Both the position numbers and the translations under genes were made by a program. A DNA stretch of 64,000 bases from positions 22,382,001 to 22,446,000 of the forward strand of contig OZ365114.1 in the NCBI GenBank assembly GCA_977030845.1. Direction: 5' to 3'. This stretch comes from Fimbriosthenelais zetlandica (Eukaryota). Numbering within the stretch: the stretch's first letter is position 1; each line of letters opens with the position of its first letter. A model generated the notes under the pieces. It was not told where the DNA came from, searched no databases, and saw only the letters and a program-made list of their open reading frames with translations. Below, piece after piece: positions 10,921 through 22,900 of the stretch.

Positions 10921-12910
10921 TTGTAAATAAGTTTTTGTTGCTCCCTGTATTTGAGCTTTGTTTTTGTTCATTTGAATTGTCGAGGGGAGTGGGGGGCTCA
11001 ATATTCTTTTTTTAACATTGATCTGAAGGTAATCCCGATGCATTTAGACGAGTTAGTAGTATTGATTGGTGTTGGGGGTTGGAGATGGGGTGGGGGCGCC
11101 TTCAGAATGGGTGGTAGGCCTACTAGTAGGGAATGAGACGCGTCTGCGTCCCCTATGATGTAGGGAATGATTTATGGAACGTAGTTGTTCAATACAGTAC
11201 CCGGGTATATAAAATATCATGAATCTCATTTGAAGGTTTATTAATTATAGATATTGATGATCATCATTATACAGTTCCATAGACAACAGCAGAATTTCTC
11301 TGGAAAAAATCTACATGAATCAATAAATATGAAACCCTGGGGTAGGCCCCTTTTTATATTACCGGTACAATATTTTTCTTTGCAACGATTACTCAAATGT
11401 GGAGTAAATAAGTAAGACAAATTTTGAAGTATTCAAGCTGCATTCATTCTGTATTAGCACACTGTTTTACACATATCATTAATTTTAGGCCTACACGCAT
11501 ACATATAGGCTAGTGTTTAAAGGCAAATACATCATGTACCATTCACATAACCTCGATTGGACAATGACAATCTAAATAAACCTAACCAGCACTCACACAG
11601 GCGACCATTTAAAATGCCTCTGATAAAAGTATGAATCCGGAAATTCATAACACTGACAAATGGAAATTTTGATGAATTTCAAAAGAAAAGCACTTAGAAA
11701 AATAGCACTGATTGAAATTGATTGAGAACTAACAACTTAGTTTAATACATGGCATCGTAGGCGCCGATTTAGGTTGGCAAAGTGGGTTTGAATTCCATGA
11801 TTAAATATCATGAAGTTATGGACATTCTAAAATATCCTTGTCACTGTATGTACACGTATATCAAATAGTACCGGTATCAATGGTAATCTGAGAAACCTGT
11901 CAGTCTAACTAAGAACTCGTGACGTACAAAAGCACATTATTCGAATATACTACGAATAGAAATATAGAAAAAAGTTGGGCACCGCATTGATCTCATTTTA
12001 AATATTACCAGAGCCACAAGATTACAATTCTTCCGTGAATACATAAAACAACTAAGTTAAATGTTATGTACGCGGTGAATCACAGTATATATATCCCAGT
12101 ACAGAAAGATCAACTTTCACACGCCGTATGCGTGATACTTCGACAGGGATATAAGCTTCTAAAAAACAAATATCATTACACCTTTCCCCCACACCCTAAC
12201 TCTATTTTTCTTTATTCTCAACCAAATTTACCATAATAGAAAATAAACATATATTACATATGAATTATCTCGACTGAAAGAGTCCTTATTTGATTTTAAA
12301 ATAAACAATTCTGGATTACAACCTTTTATATAATTGTAAAACTTGATAGGGAATATTAATGTGGAGCACTGGTCAAACCTGACCCATATACATGTATATA
12401 TAATACTGTCTCCAGTGACAGATGTGACATTGGCGACAAATGTAACGGTCATGTAACTGTCTCGTCTTACAACCTTAATTGGGGTGACTAAAAGAACCTT
12501 TTACAACCAAACAATACCACGAAACAATTGTACATTTCTAAATGTTTACCAGCACCCCGAAAACATTATGCATGATTGACGAATAAATATTCGGGTTTAT
12601 ATCGGCTTAATCAGGTGCAGTACAGATTGGATTGGCATTTGAACACCAGATTATTTGGTGACAGGAACACTTCTGTAATTGGACAATTGTAAATCCTTGA
12701 GTTTATAGCGGTATGGTCTGCAAATTACATTTAATAAAATAATCTGATGTAGAATACATTCATGGTAAAGCTAATAATGTTTTGACAAGTAGTTAGCCTC
12801 GTAATGATTTATATTAACAATCTGAATCAGAATGTACTTAGACTTAATAATACTTTTCATCACACTCATCTTTAAATAAAAAGAAAGATAGGCCTATATT
12901 GCATAAAGCC

Positions 12911-14920
12911 TCATCGTGTCGACTGTTGTTTGCAGTAACAGTAGGGTCTCATGTGAGGGAATTGATGGGCTACACAATTTGGGTCAGACCCATATTTGTT
13001 GATCCTACTGATTTCCTTATCATCCACCATATACTGGGATGTTTTGAGGTTAACCTTCAAGGTAGCCTCGTACTTCCCCTGGTTGGGTGAAGTCACTACC
13101 GTCACTTGGAAGAACACTTCTACAAGGTCCATATTATCTGAGAGGTCTGCCACTCGACCATCATTGTCTTTACTCTGTTTAAACTTTAATAAATTGTTAT
13201 TTGGAATATAAATATACGCCGATGTGACGTTTGCAAGGTCTAAGGGAACACAAAAGTCCCTCTTGCTTTCAGTGATAGAGTTTATATGGTCTATGAGGGC
13301 AAGAGCGCTTGCCTTGACATCCTTGTCTTCTGGGGAAACACTATTCCAGGTGAGACAGGCACACCAATGTGCTTCTATGGCTGCATGCTTACATGTCCTC
13401 TCACTAGGAATCTCATTCAACAAACTCATTCCTCTATGTCTAACACTTTCCTTCTCGGTACCTGTGAAGTTCAAAATATGCTCAAAGGTGGCATGTATGT
13501 CATAAGGGGTGGTAAGTTTCTTGGTGTTTTCTTGGAGATTCTTAATAGCATCTGGGTATTTCTTATGGAACCAAGGAGGGAAACGAAGACTGACGTATGG
13601 CATGCGTTCCTCATATTTCCCTTGGACTGTCTGTCGTACTGCTTGAAACCGAGCTCCATGATCAGACATCAGTATCAGGAGTGTATTGTTCAAAATCCCA
13701 CTATCTAACAAGCCTTCTAGAAATTGCTTCAAATCTTCATCAACCACCCTTACTTCACTATATCCATCATGAGTGAACTCTGAATGAAACAGGAATGAGA
13801 ATTTAGGCTTGTCCATATACATGTTAAAGAAGTCTCGAACCCAATGCATCATGACCAAATGTCTTGGTACTGAACCCAGACAACGATGTTTATGCTCACC
13901 GTACTGTTTTTCAGCTTGTAAGTAAAAAGGCCTCATATAATGATCTACAGGTGGCTCTTTAAAGCCAAGCATTCGGTAGGTGAACGTACCAGCACTGGAT
14001 CCATCCTCTCCCCACTGATTTACATACCCGGCCTTCTTCATACTCTTCCAGATCCATGGGTGGCCATCCACATATTTGGCTCTGAATTTCCCTCTCCGGG
14101 CTTCTGGCAGTTCCGGTTCAGACTTACCAGTAAGGATAGGTAACAATGCCTGCGGTGTACCATCCCCAACTATATTATACCCCTCCAGCACAGTCCCACC
14201 CAATACATTCACAAGGTATTCATGTGACTTGGGCAGATTGCGCATCCAAGTCATCCTCGACAATGAATCAAACCCAAACATGAGCACATCCAGCCCCAAG
14301 GCTGATTTTAACATTCGTGACTTAGATGAACGTGCATGTAATGCAGCATTGTAAGATATGCCAGCATGGATATTTTTGTAAACTTTCTTGTCAGCAGCAC
14401 TACAAGCCACCTCAAAGAAATCAGACACCAATGGAGAGCCATCCTTCATAGAAGCTACAGCCTCCCCATGAAGTACTGTGAAATCGTTGTTACCACGTAC
14501 TAAAGGAATGTATTTACACTCAATCTCGCCATGGTTCTTGATGGCATTGGGTGATATTCTAAAGGTTCCATTGTCTACGTAAACCCAATCCTCCTCTTCA
14601 GCACACTGAAGTGGTGGTACATCCTTGAAATATCCTTTTAAGGCTGGGTGCCAGAGCTCCAGCTGTGGATGGACACAGGCTTGCTTACCAGGATTCTCTC
14701 CACTACCAGGTGTTGGCTTGTAGTTTTTGAATGTTTGTCCATCCAGCATTCTTATGTTGCTTATATACTGTTGGTCAGCCAATCTCCGTCTTTCACCCGT
14801 TCTGAGGACATCACGCATGTAGAATGTCATAATAAATGCAAAGGTGAGAACACAGAATGTTCCTCCGAGGAACATGAAATTGCGGATTGGGTGCCGGCAG
14901 AAATGGCGTAAAGGAGTCAT
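12911..14920 (-). CDS. DUF229-family protein (alkaline phosphatase/sulfatase superfamily), 669 aa, type II membrane topology, intronless CDS
   Basis: Long ORF with an N-terminal hydrophobic anchor (FMFLGGTFCVLTFAFIMTFYM) and DUF229-type motifs GFDSLSR, VGDGTPQALLPILTG, LMSDHG and YEERMP, plus a Cys-rich C-terminus. A splice acceptor for a 5' UTR intron lies at ~15018. Confidence 0.9.
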   Translation of the reverse strand: MTPLRHFCRHPIRNFMFLGGTFCVLTFAFIMTFYMRDVLRTGERRRLADQQYISNIRMLDGQTFKNYKPTPGSGENPGKQACVHPQLELWHPALKGYFKDVPPLQCAEEEDWVYVDNGTFRISPNAIKNHGEIECKYIPLVRGNNDFTVLHGEAVASMKDGSPLVSDFFEVACSAADKKVYKNIHAGISYNAALHARSSKSRMLKSALGLDVLMFGFDSLSRMTWMRNLPKSHEYLVNVLGGTVLEGYNIVGDGTPQALLPILTGKSEPELPEARRGKFRAKYVDGHPWIWKSMKKAGYVNQWGEDGSSAGTFTYRMLGFKEPPVDHYMRPFYLQAEKQYGEHKHRCLGSVPRHLVMMHWVRDFFNMYMDKPKFSFLFHSEFTHDGYSEVRVVDEDLKQFLEGLLDSGILNNTLLILMSDHGARFQAVRQTVQGKYEERMPYVSLRFPPWFHKKYPDAIKNLQENTKKLTTPYDIHATFEHILNFTGTEKESVRHRGMSLLNEIPSERTCKHAAIEAHWCACLTWNSVSPEDKDVKASALALIDHINSITESKRDFCVPLDLANVTSAYIYIPNNNLLKFKQSKDNDGRVADLSDNMDLVEVFFQVTVVTSPNQGKYEATLKVNLKTSQYMVDDKEISRINKYGSDPNCVAHQFPHMRPYCYCKQQSTR

Positions 14921-17858
14921 TGTGATGTTCTTAATGCTGTGGAGGATGCCAATATTCCAGAGTTGAATTCAATTGCAGTGGAATGGAGATAATTTGGTTA
15001 GAGGAATCACGACGCTGTGAAAAAGAAGGAAACATAAATTATACAAGCGACACATGTAATGGGGAAATTAGTTGATTTTGTCATCAATAACAGTAACTGA
15101 CCGTGTAAATATTTGACGAATATTAGATAAATAAAGTGCGGTATATAGAGCCGTACATAATGTATCTGCCCGGTTTCTACTCAGTTTACATTAGGTCACC
15201 TACTGAACATCCATGATCATGTACATGTAGATTAAAAATTGAATTGCCCCTCCTACCACTTTATACTCCAATATACATCTGCCACATTGCTCACAATAAT
15301 TATTTTTCTTACTACTATGTTATTCTTATTAATAAAAAAGGACTTATTCCATAACAGACACTCTCTTTCTACAATATTTCAATTTTCCCCCTCAGCTTCC
15401 ATGAGGCAAGTTAGGAAAGGGGAATTTACCGAGAACATTGAAACTCGATTTGGATGGGCAATGGGAATATATTATAGGCCTAAAGTCTAATGCCAGTCTA
15501 TTACTGATATTTATCACGATGACACCATTCTACAGATAAGTGAGTGAGTAAATATTTGTTTAACATCCAGTCAGGTTGCTATGGTCACGCCTTAATAACC
15601 TGAGTAATATAGTATTTATGAAATTAATTATTATATCTATATTGAGGAGAGGGATGAAAATTAATATAGGAAATACGATACTGCCAAATGGGTGGATTTT
15701 TGTACCGGTAATAACTTAACTGGAACATGAAGAAGAGAATCAAATCAGATATACACTAAATCTAGTAGCCTACTGCAACAAAATCCATTTTGAGTTGATA
15801 TTCCCAGATTTGTTCATTTGCCCATAAAATTCCAACTCATTGCTTGAACCATAGATATATAGTTTGAACCAGAGAGTGTAGTCTCTCTGCTTGAAGTTAT
15901 AAGGTAGTCAAGGGTATACTCTCTATCAAGGGTGGTGACCCTATTTTCTGGTCCTCTATTTATACTGTAAGAACCAAACTAACAAAAGACATGCCCTAAG
16001 TATTATACCTACTGGTTGCTTAGGGTTTTTTCTGAATTAGGACGGACACTAAAAATGGTAATGTATACACTCTGAAGTTGTAAAATACGGAAATATTACC
16101 TTAGAGTTAGACTTAGTATGACTATACATTACTTCCTTTTTAAGCTTCGGTAGTTCTAAGATTGAGGGCAGTGGGCCATGATGAGAGGTATGACCTGCGA
16201 CATTTAAAGAAAACCTACTCATAATGTTGAATGAGGCATGATTGTGGGTACCACTACCGGGTAAGAATGAAATGAAATTATACATGTAGGTCTACAGGTA
16301 GAATAAGGGAAGAGGGAGAGAGGGGAGCCGGGAGACAGAGACTATAGAGGGGTGGGAGAAAGGAGGGCAGTGAATGGGGCATCTGGTTTAGGCCATTGTG
16401 TAGGCCTACACCCAGCACAGTATGGTATACTGTCTGTAGATGACCCTCTTAATGTTTACCCTCCCCAGTAGTTTATATAACATCTAGCTATAAATACCAC
16501 CATACTTATCAGATGATTATATAACTATCTCAGTCTCTTGTCATATATTATAGTCGGCCTATTACAGTATAAGACACTGATATAATTATCACTGCACGCC
16601 GGCCAATGCTGCCCTTGAATGATGACCAATCATCAAGAGGGTGGTGCTGCAATCACAGCTAGCATTTAACGGTTAGTCCTTCATATATATTTAAGTCCTA
16701 CATCATGCTTCCTACTAGTTATCCTCAGATTAGATTTCCTCTTTTCTCATACGCGTCCCAGAAAGAGAGGCAGGGTACGGTACTTGGTAAAATGAGAATA
16801 ATTCAGTATTCAAGCACTGTACTAACCTGTCTACACATCCATGGTATGGGAATGCTGGAATAAGGCAGGGTTTGCAGGGAGCGGCGCTGAAGATTCAGGA
16901 TAAGCTGGAGGGGAAGGGTATGAGGAAGTGACCACCATATGCCATATGAATGTATGTGGATTATATGGTACTACTATCTCATCCACTGAATCATTTAGGA
17001 CGGTAGACCACTCCTGCACCGAGTAATACCTCCTCCTTCCCTTTCTCCTGCCCTCATGAAGCAGATGCCTGTTTGTGATAGAGGCAGCCAGCTATGGGTA
17101 TGGGAGGGAGGGGGTGTGGAAAGTGGGAGTGGAAGGGAGGGAAGATAGGGCCTGGGTACTAGCGAGCAGATGGTTAGTGGGCGACTACACATGGGGGGGC
17201 GGGGAGCAAATGAGCAGATGGCGAGCATGTGACCAGCTCTGGCCGACCTCGGATTATGTAGACTAGCACATGGTCTTCATGCCATATTTTGTAAATAGTG
17301 TACTTATGTTAGAAACAGTTTATATAGAATATTTACCATTAAATCATTTAATGGTAAATATCCTATATGTCCCAGTACCGGTATAACTTGCAGGCTATAG
17401 TATTACCGTTCCAAGTGGAAAACAATTGGGGTACCATTAAATTAGTCCTACCTGAAACTGTAGGCACTATAATAGGCCTAATTGTTTTCTACTTGAAGTA
17501 ATTAATTGCATGCCTTAATTAGTGATTACCTATTTTTTTTACTCAATTTTAATTGGAGTCAATGTCTAGAAATAATTGTAATATATCCAGTAGTTTATAT
17601 AGTATCTCTGCCTACCGGTATAATATATAGCTATATTGGTTCCGACCCCCTGATTACAAAAACCCGTGGACCAAATCGTAACATTGGCCTGTGTTGCTTG
17701 AACAAGCAGATAAATTATTTTAAAAAAATTCTGATTTAACATAGGCCTAAGTAATTAAGAAGGCAGCACACATCTAGTATTGTGACGCTGCTGCTGTGCA
17801 ACGTTATCATCAGGGGACTGCTGCCTGCATGCATCAAGCCACATTTTCTGTGGAAGCA

Positions 17859-17898
17859 CTGCTGCTGGTGCTGCTGGTGCTGCTGATGCTGCTGATGC
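17859..17898. repeat. Imperfect (CTG)n-type microsatellite
   Basis: CTGCTGCTGGTGCTGCTGGTGCTGCTGATGCTGCTGATGC is read directly from the sequence. Confidence 0.8.
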
Positions 17899-19250
17899 CA
17901 GGCTGCAACCAAAGAGCTTATTTGCTGCAACCTTTCATAGCCTGCAGTATACCCATGCAACTGCTATGGTTTTCAGTAGTATTCTATCAATGTAAGGCCG
18001 CATAATTTTATGGTCGATGAAACAGTCCTATATAAAATATAGGGTTAGGGTTAACTTTAACCCTAAAAGTAAAAGAATACGGGCCACTCCCACCCATTAA
18101 CCCGGGCCTGAGAGCAATGGACGAGGTGTGAAGAACGCAAGCGGCAGCATTCAGCACATCCACATGCAAAATGCAGACACTGGGCGTCTAGGTTGGGTGT
18201 ATTCTAGTGTAGGCGAGAGACAGCAGTGATTGGTTGCCTGCTGTGCTGTGCAAAGGAAAGCAATGTTGTCTAGATTCTACTATAGTCTATATGATTAGTG
18301 CAAACGGTTTTGAGCTGGTTTACTTAATAAATTAACATGTATATCGGTAGCCATTAAAGTAGCTGATTATAACTGGATCCACTTATAAATATATGGAAAC
18401 AACAATATATTATAGGGATAAAATGATACATGGACACCTAACAAATAAAACAAAAATATACCCCGATAGTGAAAAAAGGATGAAGTCATTCCACCAAAGA
18501 AATGTGCATGTATGCATACACAGAAACAGTCCAGTATTTGCGTTAGATATTTGGTGTTTTTTCTATGGAAGCCAATGCATACATGTACGTGGGAATGTTT
18601 GGGACAGCTGACCAAATATTGGAATAAAAAGGCATCTATCAACATGATAAATTATTAAATACGACGAGTGTGTTATTTAAAAGGCTTTGAAAATCATTCC
18701 ACGTTTATATTCAAAGCGAATAAATAATGCAACACACCACCCGTACATATTTAATAGGAATGAGGGATGATTTAGGAAACCTATAGAACACCAGCAGCCT
18801 GTTTCATAATACATTAACTCACAATTCATTATGACATGCGCCCCAGGGGTCCAGATTCTTCCAAATTTGCAGCCATCAGTCTCCACCTATTTTTTTTTAT
18901 CCAAAGTTAAATAGTGTCTGTGCATGGCCTCGCGAGCGACAACCATTGTCCACAAGACGAATAATCAAGTATTGATCCTCAGACCTGCAAAGCTTAAATA
19001 TGAGCAGCCATGAGATTGTTCTTTATGTTTATGGGCCAGATGCTGTCTACAATGGAGTTTCAACATTTTTTTTTCTACATTTTTGCCAATAATTCCGATA
19101 CTTCACGGGAGTCACGCCAATAGCTCAATTAATAGCTTATTTCTGTGTAGGTATTTTGTTTCGAAAATTTAAAGGCTAACAGTTTGACTTTGATGTCTTG
19201 AAACCGAGCTAGACAAAACGTTCCCGTACAAAACACTTCCAACTGAGTAA

Positions 19251-19405
19251 AGCTAGGATTCCATATGTGCGGATGTGGATACGGATGCGTTCATTTACAT
19301 TAATTTCTACAGGCCATCCGCATCCGCACATATGGAATCAGACCTGTATAAATCAACGTAAATTATTCTTTCCGCATCCGCATCCGCATACATGGAATCC
19401 TAGCT
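19251..19405. mobile_element. MITE (155 bp), possibly Tourist/Harbinger-like
   Basis: TIRs AGCTAGGATTCCATATGTGCGGATG ... CATCCGCATACATGGAATCCTAGCT are flanked by TAA and TTA. An internal partial copy of the right TIR lies at ~19317-19340. Confidence 0.8.
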
Positions 19406-19998
19406 TTACGTAGATGCCGACTGTTCTGGAGATTACAGGAGAGACGGCCTATTTTTATAAGAGCTTAATTCTAATTAACATTGGTTAGTAACTTAACCTA
19501 TCAGTCACCTTCTATTTTATCATGTCTCATTCCTTCACGGACCTTCTCGTGTGTGAATTAAATCTGCTAAAAATGATAAAAGTACGAGAGCATTAATTGA
19601 GAGAAAGTCTGACTTAGTCAACGCACAAATTTGATGAGACTCTTTATTCAATGAAAATATAAACACCGCAAATAAACAGCCAGTCTTACCATGGAATAAA
19701 CTAAGTTAATCACAAATAATTCAGATTTAAAATTGAAGTGATCAAAATCTTAGGAAATGACGTCCACATCTATTCCTGAATATTGTTTTGTTCGAATCAT
19801 TTTACCAAGGGATGTTCAATATGAACGCGCAAATTGAACTCAATAAAATTATCCGGACATCTGCCAGGAGTGAGTTAGTAATGGTAATGACACGGTTGTA
19901 AGTAGATATATTATATATGATTTATTTACAGCATCCTATCAAACGTTTTAAAAATTAATATTTTAACATTTATATAAAGACCCTATAAGCACCTTTTG

Positions 19999-22900
19999 TT
20001 AATGGTCATCCAAGTCATCCATGAGAGACTGGACAAGTGTCTCTGTTGTCGGTCGCTCGTTTAGAAGTCCTGCAGATAAAAGAAAGAAACACAGCCGTTA
20101 TTTTATATAAATTAAATACAGCTAGAAATTAGCAATAAAATATAGATTTATGCACTCTGATGAATTACCTTGAACCAGATCAGCAGGCGGTTTCTCGCCC
20201 CCATATGCCAGCATTTCACGTCGGTACCGCTCCCCCATAGTCCTGTGATAAATAATATCAGGATCATACATTTAATACTGGTCTATCACATATATCAATC
20301 AATATCAATTAGACAAAAACTGGCCCACTAACCCGGGAGTACTTATAATGTATATTATCCCTGGATAATTGATTAAATCAAAAACAATATATATAATAAA
20401 GTCTCCACCTGTTGAATGGGTCGGCCCGGAAGCAGCTGTGCCAGATACGGGAGGCTACCGCCCGGGACATAAGGTAAGCATAATATTTAGCTCCATAACC
20501 AACAAAATGGCCAAAACGCAGGTGCCAGGCCTAAAATAAATCCGAAATAAATAATGTTTTAGTTGTTTTGTCAGTTTTGTCAACGGCTGAAAAAGAAATC
20601 TCATTTATCTGATCACCTGCAAAATGGTCAATATATTGGACAAACAGAAAATAGCACCGACAGGGAGAGGAGACAGATGTTAAATTTTGGATCCTAGGGG
20701 GACTCAATGACACGGGGTAATATTGACACAGGTGCCATCTCCAACATGAATCAGTATTTTATATTGATTTCTAAAGAGTTTTCAAGATGAATCATCTGCC
20801 TAAAATAGTTTAATTTAAAAATAATGTACATGTACATGTATACGTACATGTATAGCAACGACCATGTAGTTTATATTTCTATGAGCTGGTCAATTAGAGA
20901 CTGACCGTGCCAGGGATGTAGGGTATACTGTAGTAGGTATTTTGAGCCTCAGCTAGCAGTTCTATGAGAGGTTTGTTCAGTGGGTGTGCTCCATGGTAAG
21001 TCTGGTCCAGTAAGGAATAAAACACTTGCTGCTGCATCTCAGACGCTGCGAACATCTTCTTAGCCCGACACAAATTTCTGATGCTTTCTTCAGCCAGGGG
21101 CTCTCCCGTCTGCCAGTGGCGGGCAAACCGGGACAAGACCTAAAATGTGGGAAATAAGTATATTGATAGCAATTATTTATAAGTATATTTAATACATTTT
21201 TATACTGGAGGGTCATGAGAAATATAAGAATTATCCAGCCAATTCTTAATATTAATTCCTGTCCTAAAATTGTTTATCAATTACATTTCTCAATATCAAA
21301 ATTATGTGTCAATATTATTGCCTATCACCACAGTCCTCAATACCCTTAAATTATATGATCATCTTAGTTTATTTTTTAGGCAGTAAAATAAGTATTCTTA
21401 CCCTGGGATCAGAGGCGAAGTACTCCATGAGGACGGAGGGCACCTCAGCAAAGTCGGTGGGACATCGTGTACCCGTCACATGCTGGTACTTAGTACGACC
21501 TAACATTGAATGCATGGCATGTCCAAACTCGTGGAATAAGTTCTCCATCATTCCTGTAACAATAGCCAATGGTATGAGGACAGAACAAGAAATGGTGATG
21601 AATTCGATTAATTCTCTGAATATTTCTATGAGATAATGGGACAAAATTGGAGATATGGTGTGTAAAATTAGGACATCATTTTATTTAAATACTATTTTTA
21701 GGATACTACTAGTGTGTGAGATGATGTAGCATGGTACCTGGTGTGAGGAGTGAAGGTATAGGACCTCTAGGAGGTGAGAGATTGAGCATGAGTACCACTA
21801 CAGGACATTGATAGGTGCCGTCCTCCAGCTCCCGACCTCCTCTAATGGTGAAATGACAATCCTGAAATAACAACATACATTTACAACTCGCCCAGACCAT
21901 TATAGCTTCAATTTAACATGACATGACATACTGCCAATCCCAAAGTCATTCATTGCACAAATACAATATTTAAAAAATAAGAACAGAGCCTACCTGGTGA
22001 GGTTTATTAGGCCTTTCAAAGAAATCGCAGTAAATGTAACCCAGGGTGCCTTCAGTCCTGTGGACAACAGCCTGCAAAGAAGATTAAAAAAGAGAAATCA
22101 TCTACAGTGTATGTATTATGATTTTAATGATTGTAGATGAGAGCTCAGTAGATAAAAGTTCATGATTCACGATCAAAACTGTCCCCAGTTGAACACCAAA
22201 CAATTCAGATATTGCCCTTTCAATCCTCAGAAATACCAGGAAGAGAATGTGTGACTTACAATTTTATAAACGTCGTGACACCAGAGTTCGCCGTACTCCG
22301 GGTGTTCATGTTGAAGCGTCACATCATACAGAGCCTCAAAGAGTGAACCCAGTCCCTCCATACACGAACCCAGCGAGAAGTAAGGCGCCAGATTAGAACT
22401 GTCTACGTGGCACCTAGAAAGTGTAAAAGTAGTTTTGATTTTATACGTTCTTTGGGCGATTTATTTCTCAATAATATAATATATGTAATATATCAACAGG
22501 TTGTGATGCAAGCCGACAGCTACTACGCCTCAAACAGCCAGGCTCAATAATATCCTTTAAATAAATGTAAAGGTAAGAATATTTCAGGAGTACCTTTCGT
22601 GTCTTGCGAGACCAGAGTAGTAAGGGGGATCCCAGGGCTGCACAGGCTGAAACAGAAGGATTTATTCAACCGTTTATACTCTTGATCCATTCCTAAATCT
22701 GATAGTAATTTAAATCTTTCTCGTAATATACATATTTGACAAGGGATTCCTCTAGAATTTTGAGAACAGGGGCCTGATAATTAGAGAAATTCATAGCAGC
22801 TATTTGATTGAGCTTATCTAAACCTACCCCTCCTACTCCATATTTGTGTTTTAATTTTTTCATATCCAGGAAATCCTCCTCTGCCCTAAATGTGAAGAAA

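Larger units (their letters stand above)
8681..11099. mobile_element. Non-autonomous foldback / long-TIR DNA element (~2.4 kb)
   Basis: 8681-~9620 is the reverse complement of ~10160-11099 at high identity (e.g. 8890-9060 vs 10720-10890). Weaker pairing continues inward to ~9735/~10035. The ~300 bp central spacer has no ORF. No clear TSD was found. Confidence 0.85.

Noticed and set aside
12899-14911. Plus-strand ORFs overlapping the DUF229 gene
   Set aside because: Antisense shadows of a long CDS with no independent motifs.
16831-17266. Short ORFs in a purine/GC-skewed region
   Set aside because: Composition-driven with no domain; it may contain a 5' UTR exon of the DUF229 gene, but this is unsupported.
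18040-18066. Telomere-like TAGGGTTAGGGTTA…TAACCCTAA
   Set aside because: Only about two units plus one inverted unit; too short to call an interstitial telomere or fusion site.
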